Below, piece by piece: positions 51,570 to 63,823 of a stretch of DNA of 64,000 bases. The translations under genes were made by a program, and so were the position numbers. Origin of the DNA: Octopus sinensis (Eukaryota); assembly GCF_006345805.1 (NCBI RefSeq), contig NC_042999.1:68014001-68078000 (forward strand), written 5' to 3'. Each line of letters opens with the position of its first letter. The stretch's first letter is position 1. Below the pieces are notes generated by a model. That model saw only the letters and a program-made list of their open reading frames with translations, was not told where the DNA came from and did not search any database.

Positions 51570-52436
51570 TTGGGTGCAGCCGTTTTGCAGGCGGGGAATT
51601 TGGCGCAGCTGACTGGGTGTTCGGCCTGTTTTGGCGACAGTACTTTTTGGCGCGGGAGGAAAACACGCGCACGCGCGTGCAACCACATACACGCATATAC
51701 ACGCACATACATACAAAAGCATGCACACGCAAGAGAACATACACACATACATACACATACACATACACACACGCAAGCGCGCACATACATACACATGCAT
51801 GTGCGCAGAAATATACGCATACAGATTGAGAGAGTGAGAGAGAGAGGGGAGAGAGACATTATACATACAAACATAACTAGATTTTCACACACACATAGAG
51901 AGAGGGAGAGAGAAACAGAGAGAGGGAGGGGGAGGGAGAGAAAAGGAGAGGAGAGAGAAAGTTACAGAAATATTAAAATGAGCGAAACATTAAAACATCT
52001 CATCTCTCTATATATAAACAGCAAAATGTTTGTCTGTGTGTGTGTCCTTTATACAAATCCACAATTTTTCAGTTAGAGGGCTCGCACTTTCTATGGTCAT
52101 TCAAAACCGTCCAAGGGTGGTCGTGCACATCTTTACATTTCCCCAGTCACCCCGCAAAGCCATTAAAAGATCAATAGAAGTGACTTTTTTGTTAATTTTC
52201 TATCCAAAAACCCAATAAAAATGCCCGAAACTTTATACGCCAATTGAATGCCAGCTAGCTGTATGTGTTTGGTCGGAGATTTGGACAGTACTCGTGTGTA
52301 TGTGCGCAGGCACGCAGCTGTATATGCATGCACTAGCAGTATGACCCGGCGTTACCAGGTCATAGTGCTAGTCTCAAATAAGTCAGTGTCAAATCAGCGA
52401 CGCCAAAAAAGCAGCGCCGAAATATCTCATACACCT
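51570..52436 (+). mobile_element. Second copy of the ttttggcg-repeat DNA element, hosting a Helitron
   Basis: Left tttggcg repeats, right cgccaaaa repeats; homologous to 44300-44750. Confidence 0.65.
52003..52371 (+). mobile_element. Non-autonomous Helitron, family B
   Basis: a|TCtctctatatataaa ... gtgCTAG|t, palindromic 3' end 52332-52372. Second copy at 58381-58740. Confidence 0.88.
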
Positions 52437-52551
52437 AGCTGGGATTTGGTGCAAATGTGCCGATAGATCAAGGATCAAGGGCTCGAGAGAATATCGATGT
52501 CTACTCACGATTAAAAGCGGAACCTAAAACAAGTGACTAGGGTATGATACC

Positions 52552-52783
52552 TATTTCTTTACTACCCACAAGGGGCTAAACACAGAGGGGACAAACAAGG
52601 ATAGACAAACGGATTAAGTCGATTATATCGACCCCTGTGCGTAACTGGTACTTATTTAATCGACCCTGAAAGGATAAAAGGCAAAGTCGACCTCGGCGGA
52701 ATTTGAACTCAGAACGTAACGGCAGACGAAATACCGCTAAGCATTTCGCCCGGCGTGCTAACGTTTCTGCCAACTCACCGCCT
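52552..52783 (-). mobile_element. SINE-A tail 2, full length
   Basis: TSD ggt(a/g)tgatacc at 52541-52551 and 52784-52794. Confidence 0.95.
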
Positions 52784-53983
52784 GGTGTGATACCAGTTAC
52801 CCAAGACATACACGCTTGCGAGTGAGGGCTGGCACTACTGTATTGTATTGAAATTTATGTCAGATTTGTTGGTTCAGTACGACAGCACAGTCTGCAGCAG
52901 CAGCAGCAGCAACAACAACAACAACAACAACAACACAACAACAACAACAACAACAACAACAGCAACAACAACAACAACAACATCCATACGCTACTGTTAC
53001 ATTACATTCTATATATTACATACTTTTCTAATTCCATTACGTGCTGTTTCTAACTCCATACATCACATAATATAATTTCATAAACTACGTAATATATGGT
53101 TATAAGTACATGGAACATATTACGTGATGTACATCCATATATTACACAGTTATCGCTTGAACGTAACCATTACACACTTACACTCACCAATTTCCCCCGT
53201 ATAAATCTTTCATTCATTGTAATCACAAGTCTAATTGGTTAATATCTTCTGCATATAGTTTAGTTCGTTCATACGTGAGATGGTTATATTAATCTGAAGA
53301 ACAGCAGAATTATTCATCGTTTTCATACGAATTTGTTGAATTCTGGGAGCCAATCTTTCATTTTAGAGTTTGTCTATTATTGTTCGTCGCTCTCTTGTAT
53401 GAGTTTCGTTTCAGAGTTTAGCTACGATTGAATGTAACTTAAATGTATAAAACGAAATGCTGATTGCTACTGACGCCGTCGTCTGATATCGTTGCTGTCG
53501 TTGTCTTTATGTTCGATGTAATGGAAGGCCCGTGGTCTTGTGGTTAGAGTGTTTCGATTTCTAGACCGGCTTGTGAGTTGTGTTCCTGAGGTAAAACCCG
53601 AATCATTCGTAACCCTGTAACCTGAATGATTCTGCTGTTAAGGGGAAATGTTGTGATCTTGGCAACTTACATGCCATGGAAACCTGGCCACCGGCCCTAT
53701 GACTCCTAGGTCCAAGGGATTTACGTTATGTATTCGATGTCGTCGATGTTTTCGTCATCGGTGCCGCTGCCACTGGCACCAATTCTGCTGCTACTATTGT
53801 TTTTGTAACCGTTTAACTGCTGATGTTCATGTGGTTTTAGGCCCAGCAGTTTTCAGGTTCTCAAATTTACAAAGACCATGCTCCATCAAAATAATAATAA
53901 TAACAATAATTGTATTGAGTTGCCTGCCATCTTTTTTAAAGGAAAGTCACTCTAGAGTTGGCTCCCATGACAACAAAAACACA

Positions 53984-54022
<39 letters not shown>

Positions 54023-54154
54023 ACATAGTCACGCACACATACATATATACATACGTACGTACGTACATACATACATACATACATACATACATACATACAT
54101 ACATACATACATACATACATACATACATACATACATACATACATACATACTTAT

Positions 54155-54405
54155 GTAGCGGTACACAGAGTTGGAAATTGTGTTGGCCGAATACAGAATG
54201 CGGAAAAAAGGACAAACCAAGATACACGGATCATTCGCAGCCAATTGCCTCTTCAGTCAGAGTCCGGAATATACACGTAGTTTCGCCCACTTATCTCTGA
54301 TACTACTCGAAACCGGCTGGGCCAAGGACTCAAGCTAAAAGCATTAACCCCCTGGGCAAGACAAACGAGTGTACATACACAAAAACAAATAAGTAAACAA
54401 TAGAA
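54155..54405 (-). mobile_element. Second copy of the 12.2-kb pLTR-like repeat
   Basis: Homology to 12185-12330; abuts (TACA)n. Confidence 0.5.
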
Positions 54406-54409
54406 AGGG

Positions 54410-55969
54410 TTCCCTTGGAATATGCCTTTGCAATTCTGTATTCTGTCAATGATAATACAGTCACTCTTTATGTTTAATTTCAAGATGGTGACCCACGATG
54501 AAGTCAGATCAGCTATGGCTTTGACTATGTTCACTTGAACTTTAGCAAGTTGAAAGGCTTCTAACATCCATGAGTAGAGATCAGAGTCAAAGGCTTTCTT
54601 GTAGTCTAGCCACACTGAAACTAGGTTCCTCCTATGCTCTGGCACCTCTGACATCACGGTTTTGTTGATTAACAATTGCTCAGTACATTCCCAGACTCTC
54701 TTCTTCCCAGTTGCTTGTTCTGCTGTGATAATGTTATTGGTTTTACAATGGTCCTGGAAGAAGAGGTTTAAGCATGCTGTATATATCTTATACATTAAGT
54801 TCCGACATGCAATTGGCTGGTAGTTTTTTGCCATGTATGTGGTTCTGCATTTGCGGATCAATTTTGTCTCTGCCAGAGCTAATCAGTGTGGTATGTTTAT
54901 GTTCCGATTGAGAGCTTGCAGGAACAGATTGATTAGATATGATCGGTAGAATGTTAGCTTCTTATACCAATATCCAACAATCAAGTCTCTTCCATCATGA
55001 AGTTTCTGAATTACAGTTGCAAGAGTTTCGCCGTCAATGTTGTGTCTTGGGCGTAATGCAGGAGCAATAACTACTTCGTATATCTTCCTGCCACAGAGTA
55101 TCTTGCTTAATCTCCTTCACTTCACTTCACTCCAGATTTTCCTCCAGAAGGCGTCTGTGTCTTCTCGTGAAGGAGCTTCTGTGATGTTCACTGCTCCTCC
55201 TCTCATGTCTCTGTAAACAGCTGCCTGGTTGCGGTTAAATTTTCTGTTTATTGTTCTCTCGGTTATTCTCTTTTGATGTCGGAGTTTTTCACTGACAGCT
55301 TTTAGCTCCTGCTTGAGGGTAATCCGTTTGCAAATGAGTGTCCTCCTTTTGCTGTGTCCAAACATCATTTCTGTCTCCTTCTTTACTTTCTGTTGGTGAG
55401 ACGTGTAATGATTTGCTTGTTTGCATGTAATAAGTATAATTACATGACTGTTGGTCTTCCATAAACCAGTTATCTTTTTCTCTGTCTTCAAAATCCATGA
55501 AGTATCCAGAGCTTATAGACTGGCGTTAATCTCCCAGAATGTGGATTCACCACAATGCTGTAAATAATCACCTCCAATTTCGTTAACAGCTTTTAATACC
55601 GCATCAGGCGGTTTTTTTTACTTACTTTGGTAGAGAATACTTTCCCCTCAAGAAAGTACTTCAAAGCCAAAGTTATTTTTTCTCGGAAAATTTCAGTAAG
55701 GGTACATTTCACCAGTATATAATCCTGGCTACCACTATTACTATAATAATCGTTGTGGTTGTGCCTGCTATTTACAATAGTTGTAATAAGGGAGCAGTGG
55801 TCAGTTACCTGAGCCAGTAGTGAAGTTTGGCTGGCAGGCACCATGGAATATGTTGGAATGTCGCTAGCTGTGAAACCACGTTGTGGTCTTATATCATTCA
55901 CGGTTTCGATTTTGTTTATAGAGTTGAGAAGAATTTTCGATTTTTTAATAAAGTTACAGTTACTAACCT

Positions 55970-55970
<1 letters not shown>
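54410..55970 (-). pseudogene. R4/Dong-like non-LTR retrotransposon, 5' part and N-terminal RT, disrupted
   Basis: LKQELKAVSEKLR..INRKFNRNQAAVYR..FWRKIWS; NYQPIACRNLMYKIYT..EQATGKK..CTEQLLINK..WLDYKKAFDS..KGIFQG. 5' end abuts (TACA)n. Confidence 0.88.
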
Positions 55971-56001
<31 letters not shown>

Positions 56002-56088
56002 TGTATGTATGTATGTATGTATGTATGTATGTATGTATGTACGTACGTACGTATACATATATTATACTTGCATACCTATATGCATATA

Positions 56089-56474
56089 CTAGCAGTATCG
56101 CCCGGCGTTGCTCGGGTTTGTAAAGGAAATAACTATATAAGCATTTTTAGAGAGTTATAGCAAAAGAATAGCAAAAAAAAATGGAAAAAAATTAAGGTAA
56201 ATTTTTTTTTAAATCGTTGACACATCGTAGATATTTTTAGAGAGTTACTTCCCTTATATAATAGCGAAAAAATGCATTAAAATGGAAAAATATGATGGTA
56301 AATTTTTTTAAATCGTAGACTCATCGTAGACGCGCGCTAATACCCAGAAGGGCTCGATATGAATCACGACCATAAGATACCCGCTTTTGGTTTAACTGCA
56401 CCGCAAAATGTGGGAGTAGTTAGGAATCTAAATCGTAGGAGACAGACACACAACTTCACTTTTATATATAAAGA
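56089..56474 (-). mobile_element. Helitron family A (left arm of large inverted repeat)
   Basis: Reverse complement of 32992-33387 with TC/CTAG ends. Confidence 0.92.
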
Positions 56475-57233
56475 TATAAGCCACGTAGTTATATACACAT
56501 ACTTTGTTATATACACATTCTTAAAAGAAAATGTTATTTTGAACACAACATTTATAAAGAATAAAATATTTTTTGGTTTTTCTTTTAAACGGATGCATAC
56601 ATTTATTAATAACTATATATAAGTGTCGTCTGTTTATACATAAACACTGTTTCATACTGCAATTATATATACATATATCTATACATAATATTACATAATA
56701 AAATATATACAGAATACGTGTATATATTTATGTATGTATAAATATATACTGAAAGAAGCTCGGCTCGCCAATTAATACTACCAAAATTTCAACCCCAATT
56801 AAGCAAAATTTAGAGAAAACTCACATTGTGGTGTGTAAATCAAGTGCTTTTCTCAGTGTGGGCTACAGCACACGCACACACACACACACAAAAACGGAGC
56901 GATCTGCTTCACTCACGCTATCACCCTAATTTCTACTCCTTTCTCTTTGCAAGTGTGCAACGATTAAAGTGAAACTATTTCTATAAAACGAGAGAAGTGT
57001 ACCTTAAACCACTACTCAATAAAAAAACAGCAAACAGAAACAAATAAATACATAACGATTTACTCCTCACACAATTTCTTCAATTAGAGTTTACCTATGA
57101 TTTTTACAAGTACTTCCATTCGGTCATGCCATACAAAATTTCTTTCAATTTCACCCCCAATTAAGACAAAATTCGAGAAAACTCAATATTTTAACATTTC
57201 ACTCCGAAAGCATTGATGTACATGTGTGCGTGC

Positions 57234-57280
<47 letters not shown>

Positions 57281-57983
57281 ATGGGATGTGCGACACAGAA
57301 AGTGTGGTGTGTAAATGAAGTGCTTTTGTTAGTGTGTGTAAAGAGACAGAGAGAGTACACATACCTACGTACACCTAAAGCACGCACACACCCACACACA
57401 AGCGGAGCGCGAACTTCAAAAGAAATTCGCGCGCTATCTATCTGGTTTGCCATTCCTCACACACACGCATACACATACATATATGACAGTGACAAACACA
57501 AACGTTTCAAACAACTACATACAAACACGTGTGTGTTTGTTATTAGTAAAAAAGGCGCCAAACACAACTCACTTCTCATTCGAACACATTTGCAAAAACA
57601 CACCGACGGTCGGATTGCCATAACAATACAGAAAAGGTAAATTGGTTTTTAATTTACTTTCTGTCGTTAAATTTTGGTAGTATTAATTGGCGAGCCGAGC
57701 TTCTTTCAGTATATATTTATACATACATAAATATATACACGTATTCTGTATATATTTTATTATATAATATTATATATAGATATATGTATATATAATTGCA
57801 GTATGAAACAGTGTTTATGTATAAACAGACGACACTTATATATAGTTATTAATAAATGTATGCATCCGTTTAAAAGAAAAACCAAAAAATATTTTATTCT
57901 TTATAAATGTTGTGTTCAAAATAACATTTTCTTTTAAGAATGTGTATATAACAAAGTATGTGTATATAACTACGTGGCTTATA

Positions 57984-58379
57984 TCTTTATATATAAAAGT
58001 GAAGTTGTGTGTCTGTCTCCTACGATTTAGATTCCTAACTACTCCCACATTTTGCGGTGCAGTTTAACCAAAAGCGGGTATCTTATAGTCGTGATTCATA
58101 TCGAGCCCTTCTGGGTATTAGCGCGCGTCTACGATGAGTCTACGATTTAAAAAAAATTTACCATCATATTTTTCTATTTTAATGCATTTTTTCGCTATTA
58201 TATAAGGGAAGTAACTCTCTAAAAATATCTACGATGTGTCAACGATTTAAAAAAAAATTTACCTTAATTTTTTTCCATTTTTAATGCATTTTTTTGCTAT
58301 TTTTTGGCTATAACTCTCTAAAAATGCTTATATAGTTATTTCCTTTACAAATCCGAGCAACGCCGGGCGATACTGCTAG
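57984..58379 (+). mobile_element. Helitron family A (right arm)
   Basis: a|TCtttatatataaaagtgaag ... gcaacgccgggcgatactgCTAG|t. Confidence 0.92.
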
Positions 58380-58380
58380 T

Positions 58381-58739
58381 ATATATATAAACGGCAAAAT
58401 GTCTGTGTGTGTATCCTTTATTCAAATCCACAATTTTTCAGTTAGAGGACTCGCACTTTCTATGGTCATTCAAAACCGTCCAAGGGTGGTCGTGCACATC
58501 TTTACATTTCCCCAATCACCCCGCAAAGCCATTAAAAATATCAATTGAAGTAACATTTTTGTTAATTTTCTATCCAAAACCCAATTAAAATGCTCGAAAC
58601 TTGATACGCCAATTGAATGCCAGCTAGCTGTATGTGATTGGTCGGAGATTTGGATAGTACTTGCGTTTATGTGCGCACGCACGCAGCTGTATATGCATGC
58701 ACTAGCACTATGACCCGGCGTTGCCGGATCATAGTGCTA

Positions 58740-58740
<1 letters not shown>
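58381..58740 (+). mobile_element. Helitron family B, lacking its first few bases
   Basis: Matches 52010-52371; palindromic end 58701-58741. Confidence 0.88.
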
Positions 58741-58784
<44 letters not shown>

Positions 58785-58793
58785 GATAGATAA

Positions 58794-58863
<70 letters not shown>

Positions 58864-59329
58864 GAAGATATTGTTTAACTGATGAGGAATTGTGAAAACA
58901 CAGTGTGCAAATTGAGCTATCCATTAAGGTGCTAACTTGATTTATGACTGCTTTATAGGTCCAGTTGGGTGGTGAAGAAGCCTTGATGCTTTCTGTAGGG
59001 AATAGTTGATGGGCCGTGACCGGTCCGTAAAGAGACTCACTGCCTCTTTTTCTTTTTCTCTTTGGACATGTATGGCATGGAAAATTAGGTGTTGACATTG
59101 TTATTCGGCATACATAACATGTGTGTGTATGTGTGCGTGTGTGTATGTGTGCGTGTGTGTATGTGTGCGTGTGTGTATCTTTTAATCACACACACCTGTA
59201 TGCATGTATGCATATATGTATGTATGTGTGAATGTATGTGTATATATGTATATGTGTATGTATGTGTGTATGTATGTATGTATGTATGTATACAGCTGTA
59301 AGTATTTGTATATATACACACCCACATAT

Positions 59330-60190
59330 TGTGTTGAGTCAAAAGTTTTGTAATATTTTGCTAACCTATTTGTTTTATTCGTCAAGTCACAACAGAAACA
59401 GCCTAGCATTCAAAGTAGAGGCCATCGTGTTGCGCCGTCTGAAACCACCTTTCTACCAGTTTTTATTTATTTATTTATTTTTATACCACGCTGATGTCAG
59501 TTATTGCCCTTCGAAGAGAATAATAACTCCTTCATTGAAGCGTCCACCTCCACTTGGTTGATGAAGAGTTGCGAGTTCAGGAAGGGAACCATGGTTCGGA
59601 AAAGTAATAATCGAAGGGAGCTAGGTCCAGACTATATAGCGGTTGCGGCATCAGTTCGATTCCCTCACGTACCTTGAGTTTGTTCCGGGTCGTTCGAGCA
59701 GTATGAGGTCTAGTGTTGTCTTACTGCAGAAGAGCTCACTTTTCGTTAACAAATGCCGGGTATTTTTGCCGCAAAATGGCATACAACCGTGCCATGCTTT
59801 GCTTGCCTGATACTTTCTGAGTGCTACTCGCAGGATTTGCTTTTATAGCTTAGAATACGGCTTCGAAATCCATGGTTTCAGGTTTCCATGTTTGAGATTC
59901 TTCCGACTCGAGCAAAATTTCTCGTTTCATTTGATTTCTGTATCTAATCAACGTTTGCACAACAAATGTTTTTGCTTGCTTCCGTGGCGATGTGGTTCAG
60001 TTCAAACACGTAAAGTATAAGTTCCTGAATTATATTGCGTTGCACGTTCGTTTGCGCAGCTTTCAAAACACATACGGAGTGTAGTATTGTACACCATGTC
60101 TGCGCACCAATTACTGCGATACTACCAACCTCAACGGGTTCCTTCCGCGTCTTCAACTGCTTCAACCACGTGATGTACATAACGCAAATT
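59330..60190 (-). mobile_element. Decayed mariner transposon
   Basis: ELILYVFELNHIATEASKNICCA (HTH-like N-terminus); LLQ*DNTRPHTA...PQPLYSLDLAPFDYYF (HDNA / YSPDLAP motifs). Confidence 0.82.
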
Positions 60191-60559
60191 AGCACGAATG
60201 CAAATATTGCAAACGTTTTTACTCAGCTCAGTATATCATCATCGTATGGACGTTAACGGGCGATGATTATGCATACATACATACATACTGCTATACATAC
60301 ATGCATACATACATACATACATACATACATACATACATACATACATACATACATACATACATACATACATACATACATACATACATACATGCATGCATGC
60401 ATACATACATACATACATACATACTACATACATACATACATACATACATACACACACACACTCATACATATATACATATATATTTATATACAAGTGTATG
60501 TATGAGTATACTTGTGTGTGTAATGTGTATGAAAGTATTTATGTATCTATACATATATA

Positions 60560-60790
60560 TCTATATATATAAAACTGAGAATGTGTGTCTGTCTATCTGT
60601 CTCTCTGTGTGAATCCCTAAAACTTGAGAACTACACAACCAATTTTACACATGCCTTACTTAGGACCCGGGGAGTGTCATGGGTAAAAGAAATTTTTAAC
60701 TTCTTGCCTAGGGCGAGCCCACAGCAATATCACATCTCCACTATTTCAGTGTTAAAAGTGAAACAAAAGCATCTCTCTATTGTCTGTACA
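60560..60790 (+). mobile_element. Helitron-like family C 5' module
   Basis: a|TCtatatatataaaactgagaatgtgtgtctgtc; homologous to 18855-19103. No 3' CTAG end found in the window. Confidence 0.7.
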
Positions 60791-62775
60791 TGACTGGCTG
60801 GCCCAGTTTTGAATACCTGGCTGGCTCAGCCTTGGCTTGCTGGCTGGAAACTTGCCTAGGCTAGCTGGCTGGCCAGTCCTGGCTGCCTGACGGGCCCGGC
60901 CTTGGCTTGCTGGCTGGCTGGCTGGCCGGTTTGGGCTACCTGGCTGGCCCGGCCTTGGCTTGCTGGCTGGCCCGGCCTTGGCTTGCTGGCTGGCCTGGCA
61001 CTGGCTGGCTGGCTGGGCCGCTTTTGGATACCTGGCTGGCCCGGCCATTGTTGCTGGCTGAAACTGGCCAAGGCTGGCTGGCTGGACCTGTTTTGGATAC
61101 CTTGCAGGTCCCGGATTGGCTTGTTGGCTGGAAACATGCTTACGCTGGCTAGCTGGCCGGTTCTTGGCTGCCTGGCTGCCTGGCTGGCCCGGCCTTGGCT
61201 TGCTGGCTGGCCTGGACTTGGCTAGCTGGCTGGCTGGCCCGGCCTTGGCTTGCTAGCTCGAAACTAGACTAGGCTCTGGCTGGCCCTGTTTTTGATACCT
61301 GGCTTGGTTTGCTGGCTGGAAATTTGCCTAGGCTGGCTGGCTGGCCGGTTCTTGGCTGCCTGGCTGCCCCGTCCTTGGCTTGCTGGCTGGCGTGGCCTTG
61401 GCTTGCTGGCTGGACAGGTGTGGCTGCCAGGCTGGCCCGGCCTTGGCTTGCTGGCTGGAAACATAGCTAGGCTGGCTGGCTAGTCTTGTTTTGGATACCT
61501 GGCTGGTCCTGGACTTGGCTTGCAGCCTGGAAACTTGTCTAGGCTGGCTGGCTGGCCGGTTCTTCGCTGCCTGGCCGGTTCTTCGCTGCCTGGCTGGCCC
61601 GGCCTTGGCTTGCTGACTTGCCTGGCCTTGGCTAGCTGGCAGACCCGCTTTGGATAGCTGGCTGCACGGCCATGGCTTGCTGGCTGGAAACGGGCCTAGG
61701 CTGGCTGGCTGGCTGGCTGGCTGGCCCTGTTGGGACACCTGGCTGGTCCTGAGCTTGGTTTGCTTGCTGGAAACATGCCTAGGCTGGCTGGCTGGCAGGT
61801 TCTTGGCTACCTGGCTGGCCCGTCCTTGGCTTGCTGGCTGGCGTAACCTTGGCTAGCTGGCTGGCCCTATTTTGGATACCTGGCTGGTCTGGGCCTTGAC
61901 CTGCTGGCTGCAAACTCGCCTAGACTGCCTGGGTGGCCCGAATTTGAATACCTGGCTGGTCCTGGGCTTGGCTTACTGGCTGGTCGGTTCTTGGCTGACT
62001 TGGCTTCCTGCATGGCCTGGGCTTGGCTGGCTGGTTGGCACGGTTTGGATATCTTGCTGGCTCGATCTTAGCTTGCTGGTAGAAATCTATCCTAGGCTGG
62101 CTGGCCTGGCTAGCTGTCTGACCCGCTTTGGATTCCTGGCTGGCCCGGCCTTGGCTTGCTGGCTGACTAGCTGGCCGGGACTTGGCTGCCTAGTTGGTCA
62201 TGGGCTTGGTTTGCTGACTGGAAACTTGCCTAGGCTGGCTACCTGACTGGTCCGGACTTGGCTTGCTGGCTGGCCTGGACTTGGCTGGCTTACCCATCCG
62301 GTTTGGATACCTGGCTTGCCCGGTCTTTGCTTACTGGCAGGAAACTTGCCAAGCTTGGGTGGCTGGCTGGCTGGCCGGTTCTTGTCTGCCTGCTGGCCCG
62401 GCCTTGGCTTGCTGGCTGGCCTGGCATTGGCTGGCTGGCTTGGTTTGGATACCTGGCTTGCTGGCCTTGCCTTGCTTGCTGGAAACTGGCCTAGGCTGTC
62501 TGACTTGCCCAGTTTCAGATACCTGGCTGCTCCTGGACTTGGCTTGCTGGCTGGAAACTTGACTAGGAAGGCTGGCTAGCCGGTTTGGGCTGCATGGCTG
62601 GCCCAGCCTTGGCTTGCTGGCTGGAAACTGGCCTAGGCTGTCTGACTGCACATATTTGGACACCTGGCTTTCCTGGGCTCGGTTTGCTTGCTGGAAACTT
62701 GCCTGGAGGAGGGGGCTGTTCTTGGCCTGGCCTTGGTTGGCTAGCTGACTCGGTTTGGATACCTGGCTGGCTGGC
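60791..62775. repeat. GC-rich (GGCT)-based satellite with ~70/140-bp higher-order units
   Basis: Recurrent landmarks tttggatacctggctgg, cccggccttggcttgctgg and ggaaact.gcctagg. Confidence 0.9.
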
Positions 62776-63823
62776 TGGATAGATGGATGGATGTATGTAT
62801 GGATGGATTGATGGACGGATGAAATTCTCCTGAGTCACGATCATCGAGCTTCTGTTGTTAGGTTCGATGTGTATACGTGTGTGTGCATGTATATGTATGT
62901 ATGTATTTATGGATGTATGGATGGATGGATGTATGTATGTATGTATGAATGGATGGATGGATGAATGGATGGATGGAATTCTCCTGAGCGGCGATCATCG
63001 AGCTTCTGTTGTTAGGTTCGACGTGTATTCGTGTGTGTGCATGTATATGTATGTATGGATGGATGGAAGGATGGAGGGATGCATGGATGGATGGATGGAT
63101 GCATGGACGCATGAATGGATGGATGCATGGATGGATGGATGGGATGGATGAAATTCTCCTGAGCGGCAATCATCGAGCTTCTGTTGTTAGGTTCGGTGTG
63201 TATACGCGTGTGTGCATGTATATGTATGTATATAAATATGTATGTATGTATTTATGTATGTATGTATGTGTGCATGTTTGTATGTATGTATGTATGAATG
63301 GATGGATGGATCGATGGATCGATGAAATTCTCCAGGGCGGCGATCATCGAGCTTCACTTGTTAGGTTCGATGTGTATACGTATGTGTGCATATTTGTATG
63401 TATGTATGTATGTATGTATGTATGAATGGATGGATGGATGGATGGATGGATGGATGGACGAATACATGGATGGAAGGATGGAAGAATGGATGTGTGAATT
63501 CCTCCTGAGCGGTGATCATCGAGCCTCTGTTGTTAGGTTCGATGTGAATATGTGTGTGTGTGCATGTATCCAGGTTCTGTTGTTACGTTCGATGTGTATA
63601 CGTGTGTGTTCATGTATATGTATGTATGTATGTATGTATGGATGGATGGATGGATGGATGGAGGAAATTCTCCTGAGTGGCGATCATCGAGCTTCTGTTG
63701 TTAGGTTCGGTGTGTATACATGTGTATGCATCTGTATGTATATATGTATGTATGTATAGTTGTATGTATGTATGTATGCATGGTTGTATGTATGGATGGA
63801 TGGATGGATGGATGGATGGATGG
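62776..63823. repeat. ~155-175-bp satellite: conserved core + variable (TATG)n(GATG)n
   Basis: Core aattctcctgagcggcgatcatcgagcttctgttgttaggttcgatgtgtatacg at ~62822, 62977, 63151, 63325, 63497 and 63666, plus a partial at ~63575. Confidence 0.92.

Larger units (their letters stand above)
56086..58382. repeat. Large inverted repeat: ~700-bp arms (56086-56789 / 57669-58382), ~880-bp spacer
   Basis: Arms are near-identical and include ~315 bp of non-Helitron sequence (the identical ORF MGVVRNLN...FINNYI appears on both strands). Confidence 0.95.

Noticed and set aside
58875-58915. ctgatgag...gaaa hammerhead-like string
   Set aside because: No stem II or stem I pairing and no NUH triplet in register.
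62776-63823. CRISPR-like repeat-spacer appearance
   Set aside because: Spacers are simple repeats, cores are ~60 bp, there are no cas genes, and the context is eukaryotic.
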